NCBI GenBank assembly: GCA_025201805.1
Contig: MU619244.1
Coordinates: 166,095 to 230,094 of the forward strand
Direction of reading: 5' to 3'
Length of the DNA: 64,000 bases
Source: Parasitella parasitica NRRL 2501
Lineage: Eukaryota > Fungi > Mucoromycota
Shown: piece by piece, positions 1-11,229 of the stretch
How the letters are laid out: every line of letters begins with the position of its first letter
How positions within the stretch are numbered: position 1 is the first letter of the stretch
Made by a program: the position numbers and the translations under genes
The notes under the pieces: model-generated
The model's database searches: none
Seen by the model: only the letters and a program-made list of their open reading frames with translations
What the model was told of the DNA's origin: nothing

Positions 1-430
1 GGCTGAAGAGCCTTTGATAAGGTTTCATTGAATGCAGCAAAGAAATCACGAAACTGGTACTAGGGATCAGCGTTTTTTCTATCAACAGTAAACAATTAGA
101 ACACATGGTATTGAAGAATCGAAAGGAATTTTTTATATTCCAAATAATCTGAAAAGTCGATATTGGGAAAGAAGACGCTTGATCCGGTATGCCAGTAGAC
201 CTTCTTATCAGCATAAACTATTACGGTCATAATCATAAGAAGAGCCATCCATGTCATGTACTCTAAAAGCGTCAATGGTGACAGTTCCAATTTCTAATCA
301 TTGCTGACGGCAGAGGTTGCAGTATCAACAACCTCTTCTTTTTCGCTGCTGCTGTCACTGCTGCTGTCGGATTCTTCGTGCACTAGCTGCTGTAACAGGT
401 GTCTGTCTTGTGGGATTTTTTGGGCCTCCA
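1..430 (-). mobile_element. piggyBac-like (DDE_Tnp_1_7-type) transposase remnant, runs off the window start
   Basis: The minus frame reads an acidic S/E-rich leader, then ELSPLTLLEYMTWMALLMIMTV..VYWHTGSSVFFPNIDFSDYLEYKKFLSILQYHVF*LFTVDRKNADP*YQFRDFFAAFNETLSKALQP. This matches the piggyBac pattern T..E...(F/W).(G/A)L.I.M..YW...M...RF..I...LHF..D.L.K.R.....N..F...PG, with several in-frame stops. Confidence 0.7.
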
Positions 431-1689
431 TACCTAATCGTAGTTCCTGAAAAAGTAAAACTAAGATCAGGAAGGTCGTCAAATCTAATCTGCCACATAG
501 AGATGCGTGCATCAATGGGGAGCTTAGAATTAGTTTATAGCATTTTAATTTTAATGATGTCTTCAAATGAAATATGATTGATCAGATTAGCGAAATTAGA
601 TTCTGTTGTTAAACGAATTTGAAAGCTTCTATTTTATTATTTACATTTATTTCATTGTTTAAAGTCCAATAACTGTACGCTGCGCAAAGTGAGAGATCAG
701 ACAGTCTAAGGTACGGGTACGATGAGGGACTCGAAGTCTTGGTATTCCATAAAGGAGGTTCACGCTGACAGTGTGGCACCCTCCACACCTGAGGTATATC
801 ACAAAGGCCTATGGATTGACAAGGCCAATTTACACCGCGGCACCAAAAACAGAGATGCTATAAGATCCATACCAGATACGCACACAACAAAATCAAACTA
901 TAGATTTCAGATGAGAAGGAACAAGGTTGGTTGGAATGCGTCTTTTATAAGAACTGATTTAGGAGAGTCTGGGACCATCTCTACGAGTGACGAAGTCGGC
1001 TTGAAAAAATCAAATCACCATCATACCAACACAAGTGAGGAGAAATGGGAGCAGAGGTGTACTCCTTTAATATAGAAAGAAAGTTTTTGTATATAGAGCA
1101 TCTTAACTATTAGGGTTTAATGTAATAGATTAAAATGCATTACACTAGGGTTATGTCTCACTTCTAATGATATAATCGATTGTTCGAAAAAAACTGTTTG
1201 GTATCATTCATTATGGTTTGCTGAATCCACACGACATATTTTTGCCATAAGACAGATGACAGTTCTTGATTTACCGAGTGTAAAAAACCGCGACCACCAG
1301 GAGCAACACCACTATGACCTTGTTGACCAGTACCCTTACCGACTATACGAGGAAAATAAATATTAATTTCAACGTACACATTTCTATCTGCAGAAATCAA
1401 ATATAGTTTCACCTTTGCCAACAACCTTGGACTTGAATAAGAAACGTTCAGTGGGTAAGAGTTTATCTGTGCCAATGTACACCTTATCAACGGCCACGGA
1501 AGACTTTGCACTCATTCCTTCTTGCATCTTGACTGTGAAATAGACTTTCAATGAGGCTAGGATGTGCTCGAATCGGCCCATTGGGCTGGTTCGAAAAGTA
1601 CATGTTAATAAAAGCGTTAAGAATAACAAAAAAAAAGATACTTATCTTTAGCCAGTGCCCAGTTCTCAATCTTAGAGTTCAAGAGAAGA

Positions 1690-2036
1690 CACTCCACAGT
1701 TATACGGCGAAGGTTTATGTACACAAAGGAACATAGCTCCCCGTAAGGAGTATTCGTCACTCGGTGGCAAAAATATGCATGGCGTGTGATTTAGTAGAGC
1801 TTTAGGTACACCTTTTAACCATCTGTGTTGAAAGATGATGAAGTATGAGGCCGTTGTCTTCTCAACTTTAAAGCACTCCACAGTTATACGGCGAAGGTTT
1901 ATGTACACAAAGGAACATAGCTCCCCGTAAGGAGTATTCGTCACTCGGTGGCAAAAATATGCATGGCGTGTGATTTAGTAGAGCTTTAGGTACACCTTTT
2001 AACCATCTGTGTTGAAAGACGATGAAGTATGAGGCC
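1690..2036. repeat. Direct duplication of 163 bp (1690-1852 and 1874-2036) with a 21-bp spacer
   Basis: The two copies of cactccacagttatacgg...gaagtatgaggcc are identical except aagat/aagac; period 184 bp. Confidence 0.95.
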
Positions 2037-2343
2037 TATGCTTTAAAGCTGAACTCTTTATGAGAACATGGGTCATAAGAGTCATGAATGTATAGTTATA
2101 AAAGAAAAAAGAAGTTTATGCTATTTGCACTCTAGTTCATATACACCCTATCAATGTTTAAACTTGTTTTGTGACGTAATCAACTGGAAAAAACCTGATT
2201 TTCCATTCAAAAAGACTTTTCCGAGACACTGTGAAAGTTTAGTGTAATGTATGAAATAGGATAATTATAGAATAAAGAATATCGTTTTATTTAAGAGTAT
2301 TTATACTAGTTTGGCCTAACTACGAAGTATCTGATTACTAAGT

Positions 2344-2421
2344 ATCAAGTACCAATTGATATCAATATGATTATGCTAGAAGTATTCATATTGATATCTT
2401 CTATAGGATTGGGTACTTGAT
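2344..2421. repeat. Nested inverted repeat (13-bp perfect inner arms, 10-bp outer arms)
   Basis: gatatcaatatga (2358-2370) pairs with tcatattgatatc (2386-2398) across a 15-bp spacer; atcaagtacc (2344-2353) pairs with ggtacttgat (2412-2421). Confidence 0.9.
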
Positions 2422-2713
2422 CTTATCTAAGCTTTCTACAAGCTTCCAGCATCCTCCGTAGTTATCGACCTATTCAAGCTCCGGCTATGGTTGATCCCAC
2501 TACAAAAATGTGATCATTATTATGCAAACATGAAATTAGAGCCCAAGCAAGTCCATAAAAAGCCTTAAAACATACAGGAGTTACGGTATCTTCACCTGCC
2601 CAGATAGAGGTCCCAGACTTGAGTCACCAGCTTAAATAGGACTTCAAACAAATAAGCGTCATCTGCATTGATATTCTCACGAATGTCAACTTTAAATTAA
2701 CCAATTTAATCAA

Positions 2714-4998
2714 ATGAACAGAAATAAAACTATTAAAAACTCTGAATTGAGTGCAGTTGAAGCATGTGAAGCATCATCATCTGCATCCGTCCCTGAAGAT
2801 AATCATACAGAGATGGCAGATGCTGCAGCAGGAGTTTTCGTTCAATATGACATGGTAAAAGCTGTTGAGGACACTACAAGAGCAGCAGAAGAGATCCGTC
2901 CTCTAGCTACAAAAAAGGCCTATCGAGCAAAGTCGAAAGAGTTTGAAGAATGGGCGAAAAAAACATTCTTAAACGAACCATTCGAACAACGAAGCATCGT
3001 TTCTGGTGAAAAACTCAACTACTTCTTGCATAAAGTGGTAAAGCGTTATAGAGAAACTTACTTTCTTGTCCATCCACTGCAGAATAGCTTGATAATAATC
3101 CATCGTCTATCTTAGGTTATAGGTCGTTTATCTCGTAAGGGCAAAGCCCCCCAAAAAATAACATCGTCGAGCATCAGTCAGTATGTTGCAGCTATCACAG
3201 ATCTCTATAGAACCCAAGTAGGAAGGAAGACAAATGGAAACGAGCATCCAAGAGCAATTGTCAAGGATCTCTTAAAAGTGCAAAAGGATCGAGACTTCCA
3301 GTCAAAACGAGAAAACTATGAAGACCGAGGCGAAGGAACACTTGCCGATGGGTACACAACCATCAATCAAGTTGAAAACGTTGTCAAATTCTATATGGAT
3401 CAAAACCGTGATCATGGTTCAAATCTGAAAGCCTCTGCTGCTTTTCTTTTTTCCCATTACTTTTTGTTGAGAACTCAGTCGATCATCATGGCAGAATTAA
3501 CGGATTTTCAAACAGTCAATCTTGAAAATGAAAGCATGAGACCAGATGTTGAATGTCCAGCTTTAGTAATGATTTTAAGACGAGGAAAAACAAACAAAAA
3601 CAATCGTCTTGAACTCGGTGGATGTATAAGAAGTAATAGAGTAGAAGTCTGTCCAATAATGGCCCTTGGATTATACATGTTTTGGCGTTTTCATATGGAA
3701 AATGAGCCGTTTCCTAACTTTACAACCTCACCCGACTGGTACTTTACCAAGATCTTCAAGTCAGACGAGCGCCAACCCACTGTTGTCTGGAAGTATTCCA
3801 GCCATAAGGATGTGATTTCAAGAGGGCTCAATGGCGCCAATATTTTTTCAAAAAGCAAGACGCATGCCGGTCATAGTAGCTCTGCCAGAATGGCAGATCT
3901 TGCTGGTGTCCATGAAGATCAAATACGTCGTCTGGGACAATGGAACAATACCACAATGAATGGTGCGTATCTTACGGGATTGCCCAGGGAGGCCATGCGT
4001 GTCATGGCTGGATTTACCATCCACCAGGGACAATTTTTCATCCCAAGGGCATCCTTGGATCCACCTGAAGAGCTGGCGCAGTTTATATTCCCTGAACTTG
4101 ATGCATGGAACGCAAGAATGATCGAAAAAAAACACAATCCGAACAATGGAGATCCCATGCAGATCACAGTGGCAGCAAAAGCTTGCTTTGAGCTATTTTA
4201 CATGTTGAGGAAGACCATCATACAAGACTCTGTAGTAATGATGGAAAAGTTTCTAAATCATCCTTTGTGGACGAACGAGATCTTTACAAATCAAATGTTT
4301 CTAGATTACAAGGAGTAAGTGCTTTTATTCCAATGTCTATTGTCCTTTTATTTTGATACCTAATCCAAATATTATTAATTAGACGCATGAAAGCCATCAT
4401 CAATCAAAACAACGATCCTGCTCATACGCTATTACAACGATCCATTCCTATAGTGGAAGAACGCTTAAGGATATTACATAGCGACCTCTCTATTCGACTA
4501 AACGAGCAAGCAAGAAAGCAAGATGTCTTGAATGACTACATCACTCGTTTAGTCACTGGTCAAGCTAGTGTCAATCTAACAGTGAATATTCCCACTCTCA
4601 ACCAAACAATTCGTGCTAACAACACCATTCCATCCACAGCAACAGCAACACCAGAAGCAGCAACAACAACAGCAACAACAAGAATTCCAACATATCATAT
4701 GAGTCGTGGGATTGTTTCACTCACTGATCTTTGGAGGGTGTGGTCGGAAGGTTTCTGTGGTGGCCCTGCTGTATTGGATTTGGAGCGCCAATATGGTACA
4801 AGATGGAGAGAAGACGAGGGTGTGAAGAAGTTTTTCTTGAGAAGAAATGCCATTATCAAGGTGATTCAACAGTACGCTGAGGAAATGCACATAGACATGA
4901 AAACTGCTGTTGGAATTGCCGAGAAAAGAAGGGTACAGAAAGGAAAAATAATACACTGGCTATCAATGAACAAATCCGAGATTTTTGGCTCCTCCTAA
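2714..4998 (+). mobile_element. Crypton-type tyrosine recombinase gene (NDC10_II-like YR domain + C-terminal GCR1_C), 3 exons, ~712 aa, open reading frame
   Basis: Exons 2714-3037, 3116-4314, 4383-4998; GT..AG introns keep the frame (2139 nt). YR motifs LLRTQS, RRGKTN, CPIMAL, KTHAGH, IRRLGQWN, NGAYLTGLP. GCR1_C: YHMSRGIVSLTDLWRVWSEG..GPAVLDLERQYGTRWR..KFFLRRNAII. Confidence 0.9.
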
Positions 4999-5501
4999 GC
5001 AGCTTTATTGTATAAACTATATACATAGTGTATGGCAGCATCACTTATTATTATTCTTATTATCATTATCATTATCACTATTCAATATATACAACTGCTG
5101 CTTTTTTGAATTGACTTTGTTGATCTAATACGAATCAAAATCTGAGAAAAGCATAATCTAACGCTTGAAGAAATACAGTGTATCCATAAGCTAAAGCACA
5201 TGTACGTGTGGCAGTTTGTAGGTAGACTTTATGTAGAGTTTGCGAAAGCTATGCATATTTAGCAAAACCCATCTTGATTACAGAAATGCATACGTTTATG
5301 TCTTTTTGAAATAACTATCTCTGGGGACTTGAACCGTAAATAACTACCGTTATTACGGTGAATGCCATAATTAACAAGAATTACTACGTCCTGAGTTCCA
5401 ATGTATGAGGGACTTTTGGGACTTTTGGAGACTCCATACGATAATACGGTAGTACTGGTACTGTCTCTATTTCCCAATATGGTATCTACCAACAACAAAA
5501 C

Positions 5502-6580
5502 ATGCCAGTTACTAGAAAAATCTCTTCTAAAGCTACCAAGAAGACCCGAATCCATCTCCAATTCAGAAGCGAAAGAATAGAGTGATTAATAAGCACCTAA
5601 AAGAAATCACCATTGATGATGATTAGAGCAAAGCACAAGTAGTAAAATTGTTCAAGCTTAATTGGAGCACTGTAGATGGCATTATTGAGCATTATGTTGA
5701 GCGAGGAACAGTAGAAAATCCGCCGAGAGAAGGAAGAAAGGAAAAGCTTGTTAAACTTAGGGAAGAGCATTCTGAATTCCTAAATGAGATATTAGACGAA
5801 GGCTGTCAATTGACATTAGGAATCATGAAAAACATACTGTTGGAGAGGTTCCCTGATCATGTTAAAGGAAATTTCTATTCCACAACTCCACCGACATATT
5901 CATCGAAACATAGGCTTTACTTTGAAGAGAACAAAACCTGTCAAAGTTCCCATGAAGTAATCAAAAGCAGATCGTACTTTGTCAGTGAACTTTAAGACCT
6001 TGGTATATCCTACAAGACGAATTGCATCTTTGTTGATGAAGCAGGATTCAACTCTAACTTGATTCGTGGAAAAGGGTATTCAAAGAAAGGAGAAGATGCA
6101 ATTGTTAAGACGAAAACAAAGAGAGCCCTTAATATAACCATCCTAGCAGCCATATCGTACCAAGGTGTCGAGGATGTCACAGCAAAAATGGTCAAAGGTG
6201 GTACGAATTCAGAGCTCGTTCTCGAATTCATAAAGCAGATCGTTGCAAGTCTGGATAGAAGTAATGCAGCCCCTCATTACTTTATAATGGAAAATGCTCG
6301 CATACACACCGCTGAATTGATCAAAAATTATTTTAGATATGAAACAAGGCATCATGTTCACTTTTTGCCAGCATACAGTCCTTTTTTAAACCCTATTGAA
6401 GAGTGCTTCTCTAAATTGAAAGGCTTGGTCAGAAGAAAACCTGGATTAGATACTAAAGAGCTCGTAAATTACATAGGAAAACCCAGTAAACAAATAGTTA
6501 GTGATAATTGCCAAGGTTGGGTTGATCATAGCATCACTTTTTTTTAAAAAAAATGCCTAGATGAAGACATGTTTTTGTAA
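5502..6580 (+). mobile_element. Tc1/IS630-like (DDE_3) transposase pseudogene
   Basis: HTH region (LNWSTVDGIIEHY..LREEHSEFL), NCIFVDEAGFN, FIMENARIH (second catalytic D mutated to E), FLPAYSPFLNPIEECFSKLK (35-residue spacing). Frameshifts and stops between segments. Confidence 0.9.
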
Positions 6581-6596
6581 CTTGAACTTTCACAGT

Positions 6597-6663
6597 TTAA
6601 AACAGTGACTTGAATGAAAAATCCGGTACACCAATCAGTCCGTTATAATGAGTCTCAACTGTA
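6597..6663 (-). mobile_element. Short pogo/Tigger-like terminal fragment (solo TIR)
   Basis: The minus strand reads TA-CAGTTGAGACTCATTATAACGG, resembling the CAGTNGAACCNCGNTATAACG terminus of pogo-type elements. No partner end was found. Confidence 0.4.
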
Positions 6664-7261
6664 TATTCTTTCTTTGATGTTGGATTGCTGACTTGACTCA
6701 GCAGATGTAGCATAAAATGATTATGTAAAGTTATTAAAATATAGATTGTCATTTGCTTGAATATGCTACGATTTTTTTGAAAAGACATATAATTAAAAGA
6801 GAAAACAGAATGAAATGGTTGGTTTAAATTTAGATTTAGGAATAAACTGCTATTGTGTAAATGCATAATTTGACGGATACGTACAACTTGATGCCTTATT
6901 AATATTCGCAGTTCGATACTTTGATACTTTGATATTTTATGGTTTTGTAATTTAACTATTTTGTTTTGTTTAAATACCTATGCGGTTCTATAGACTTGTC
7001 TAAATGTTTGAGCTTATTCAGATGTCTCATCTCTAACGGATATACCTATCTGGAATAATTTATCAATTATGAAATTCAAACAATTTTTATTGTGGCTCGT
7101 TGATTGTTCAGTTTCAGGTATCTGAAGTACATGCATGTCGACAGTGTTGATAAAGAATTTTTATTGTATTGAAAAATGGAATAATAAAGAACTCAAATAG
7201 CAATGGCTGTTTGATCAATAATTAGGGCATGTTCCCTATTCTTGGGCATTTTTAATTTAAA

Positions 7262-7395
7262 ATGGAAATCTTTCTTGAAATATTCTTAGAGAGACGTTTC
7301 TCTTCTCCCAGAGACTTCCCAAAAAAAAGTTTGTTATCAGAAATCCTAATATATATTACCACAATCACCATAACCTTTATCATTCACTTGAACTT
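7262..7395 (+). repeat. Solo terminal segment of the TIR repeat family also at 12.4-14.3 kb and 60.3-62.2 kb
   Basis: atggaaatc..gagacgtttctcttct..cagaaatcctaatatatattaccacaatcaccataacctttatcattcacttgaactt aligns with 62113-62238 and is followed by TTAA. Confidence 0.85.
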
Positions 7396-7627
7396 TTAAG
7401 AAACCATAAAAAGACTGTAGCTCGTATATTGTTAAGAATTACTAAAGTTGGGGTATATATTGGCAGTTCTAGGAAGCTGACATTAAATAAAGTTTACTGT
7501 TAATGTCCAGTGCAACACTGCCACCTTTCCCACTGTTATCGTACCCTTCTTCCAATTAATATGAATAATAACATTTAAAGTTAGTTAATACTGTACAATT
7601 ACCTTTAAAAGAGATTCCCAAATTACA

Positions 7628-8950
7628 TCTTATAATAAATCTTATAATAAAAGGAACTTGGGTTTGATCAAATTTTTAAAAATCCCAAGTGTTATAACAA
7701 ATGATAGTATCCCAAAGCGTCCCCTCCCTGGTTCTGATAAAAATATAGCAGGCCCTAGCCACCAGCAAACCAAGCATTGTGCTTCATGCCATCAATTTGA
7801 GTCATTCGTGAAAATCACATAATTCATGTCTAACAATCCAAAAAACAGTGGTATCCCTACAAATGAAACAAATGCGGACGCTCAATCTGTTGGAGAAGGT
7901 GACATAACTCCCACATCTCAAGTCAGTGTAATTAGATGTGCCTCATGTCAGCAATAAGGGCATTCAAGAAGTATAGTACGAACAGTTCTTGCCCTAATAA
8001 CCCAAATCCTTCCGAAAGCACAACAGGCTCCGCTTACCCAACAAACCCAATAAATCTGGTACCAACTTGCATTCTCTTATCAACAGCACACTCCCACTTT
8101 TGAGTACAGTGAGTGCTGATATGACATCCCGTCCCTGGGTAGACATGCTCACTAATTCAGTTGTTACGACGCCAATGAATGCCGATGTCCAGATTTTAAA
8201 TGTTATCATGCTTACTCGAATTCCTGGCCAAGAGGTCATATATTGTAGTGCTGATAAATGTTCCTCTGAGGTAGGTCAAGTACAGTATCCTCCAGAAATG
8301 ATGAACAGTATTGACGTTGGTAGTCTTCCTCCTCATTTATTAAAACTTAAACTGCAGTTCCTATCACCCTCCTGAGAATCATCAGCCCATCTACCGGTCT
8401 TTGTAATGGTACAAGATTGATTATAGAGGCTCTCCTCCCAAATGTTCATCTCAGGTTCCAAAATTAGTGATGTGGTTCTTATTCCGAAAATCTCTTTAAA
8501 TTCACCTGATGAATCCCAAAGACATCAATTTCCAATTAGGCTTGCCTTTGCAATGTCTGTAAACAAGGCTCAAGGACAAACTTTGTAAAAGGTGGGTTTA
8601 TACCTTCCAAAGCCTGTATTTTCTCATGGCCAATTATACGCTGCTCTTTCGAGAGTCCAAACTCCTGGCTCTATAAAAGTTCTGATAGAGCAATCTAAAG
8701 ATGAGAAGCAAAGACGACTTCCACCCAATTGCACGAGAAATGTCATCTTTAGTGAAGTCTTCCTTTAACGGCAGTAAAATCACAATTACACACCTTTTCC
8801 TCTTATAGCTTATAAAAACAATAAAATTTCATTTATTTCAGAGACTGGCAGCCTCGTAGAGAGAGATGGACCCCGCGCAAACGAAGGTCGATTTTTACAT
8901 AGCGTAGCAAAGGTGCAAAAATCACCAGAGTGGGCGGGGTGACCAGCTCG
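7628..8950 (+). mobile_element. Internally deleted, non-autonomous Helitron (zinc-knuckle remnants + PIF1 helicase C-terminus)
   Basis: 5' end A|TCTTATAATAAA. Two decayed C-x2-C-x3-GH knuckles (HCASCHQF, RCASCQQ*GHSR). PIF1 motifs [89 protein letters not shown]. 3' hairpin accccgc..gcggggt, then CTCG|T. Confidence 0.85.
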
Positions 8951-9004
8951 TATTTGAACAAATAAAACTCTCATTGTCCTATATCATTACCCTATCATTA
9001 AACC

Positions 9005-10681
9005 ATGTTCCATAAAGTAGCAACAGAAAGCATCTATCAAAGATGGCTGAAATGTGCGGCAGACCTTCAGCCCCAGTATGATTATTTTAATTTCGCAGAT
9101 TTAGTGATGAAAAGCAAACGGACGACTAGCACTCTTTACCTAACTACGCTAAACAAGGCTCTTTTGACCTCTTTTAAAAAGGCAAAACCTTCAATAACTG
9201 CTGCCATTTCTCTCTTTAACGTAAGAATTGATATTCTATTTACTCTTAAGAATCCAAATCTGATACTAATCTATTTTGTTTTTCTTTTCAGAAACGAAAC
9301 AACCAGAACTGCTTCTTTTACAAAAAATATATCGAATATTGGGCAAGAAGAGATGAAGATGAAAGAGAAGAATCAGGTTGCAGAATCGAAAAGCGTATTT
9401 ATAGTACGTTAGAGGATGTAGCTGTAAACGTACTCAGTTCGATAACACAAGCATCTAAGCGTGTAAGTGTGTTAAAAATACCTAATCGGTGTACTGACTA
9501 TTTCACCATGTTTTTTAGTCGTGTAATACAGGCGAAAGCAGCAGCGGCGGCAGCAGCAACAACGACAGCAACAACAACGACAACGACAACGACAGCAACA
9601 GTAACAATAACGTCGACAAGGACAGTATAATTCTAAATGATCTGACCTCTACTTATAAAGAGTAGGACTACACACTTGCACATGACACTATTCTTGGCCT
9701 TAACTTCAACCTTCTTTTTGATAGGATCACTGGTTTACAGATACTATTTCTTGATGATAACGGTGTTCAGTCTATACTTGAGAAAGAGCTTCTCGAAACA
9801 TTAATCCAACAGACTTCGATCCAGGTTGAACCAATGTCGCCTCAAGCTGCTTTAATTCTGCATGGGCTGAATGGATCAACTGCTCAGTTTGAGGAATTAC
9901 GAAAGATGATCAGAAATTTCAAAATCTCAGATAGTATTATGACTTATCCAGATCTTAATTTTATCGAGACTATGGGCAATCACTTGTAAGACCTGAGAAT
10001 CCGTGTGAAGAGCTTTTAACTAATTTTATTGTTGTGTAGCCTGAACCTTTGCCAAAGTCCTTTAAACCCTCTCTTGATGCCCACTCTTGAAAGAACTACA
10101 GCAGCTAAAACGGCTGTCATTCTGCTTGACAATCTGTTCTTGTCTGTAAATGACAAAATTCATTTCTGCTGGTAAATTAATAAGATGCTCTGACACTTGA
10201 ATCTAAATACTAAAACCTTTTATTCCAGGTTCGAGGTGGAAACATTGTTAACGAGGAGCACAAAGTGGGACGGGGTTGGCTTCCATGTTAACGCCGATAA
10301 ACGAATTGGCTATTGTTTAGTCGAGTTTTCGGGTGGAATAAAAAAGAACTGCTCAGGGAAAAAAGCTGGTCGGGACGAAGAGAAAATCGAAACTGGTGTT
10401 GTTATGTTCATGGATTTCACCAACGCCGATAAAGGTCATTTCATTCGATTTCATGGTAAGATATCTCTCTATCTTAAGTTGAGACTAAATTAAACTGCTC
10501 CAATTATTTAGATATGAAGCTATACTTTGAATCTGTCTTTAAGCTTGAAGATCGTTTGATTAGAAGAACCCATGCTACCATCAAGCTGCCTACAACACCC
10601 GCTGAGATGAAAGACTTTTTTAATCAAACACAATTGCTATTCTCTTGGAAAAAGTCTCTTATCGATAGTCTCAGTTTGTAA
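9005..10681 (+). pseudogene. 6-exon gene for a PD-(D/E)xK-like (restriction-endonuclease fold) protein with one in-frame stop
   Basis: Exons ~9005-9220, 9292-9462, 9519-9985, 10040-10171, 10229-10455, 10512-10681 splice in frame. C-terminal half: NPLLMPTLERTTA..LDNLF..CWFEVE..KWDGVGF..CLVEFSGG..RDEEKI..FIRFHDMKLYFE..LPTTPAEMKDFF..LFSWK. TAG at 9663-9665. Confidence 0.7.
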
Positions 10682-11229
10682 GAGCCAATGTGTTTATTTG
10701 TTCTGTATGTACAATAAGTCTTCTATGTTAGTGCACAGTTCAACAAATAATTCGTCTATAGCTAGTATTTTCAATATGTGTCTCTTATATCAAATCTAAA
10801 TATGCACAACCAGAGAGTTTTTCTGGAATTGAATTCATCCTTTTACATAAAGTTACATAACCTTCAATAAAAAGACACTTTTTATATCAGTGAAATCTAA
10901 GTGATGAAAAAAAAAAAAAGCAAACACGACTTCATATATGCGTAGATCAAATTACTTTATTGCTGGAGAGAGAGAAAGAGAAGATCAAATTCTAAATAAG
11001 CCGGGAACTTTATGTGCATTGTATTCCAAGCAAGACAGCGAGAGAGAAATATAATAAAAAGAGATGTAGTAAAATCAATTAGAACCGGACAAGGGCCAAA
11101 AAAGAAATAGCTTTATTACTGCGTGAAATAGGTTTTCGTATATATACTGTTTTCATTATAATATATATGAATTCATTCGATATGAAAAAATTTAACATAT
11201 CTATTTGGAATTCGTATTGAAGAATGTAA

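Noticed and set aside
722-1075. 117-aa plus-strand ORF
   Set aside because: No recognisable motif and lies in TE debris; more likely non-coding sequence of a repeat.
1690-2036. CRISPR-like array or ribozyme/snoRNA dimer
   Set aside because: Only two long units in a eukaryotic context; no complete hammerhead core or paired C/D boxes seen.
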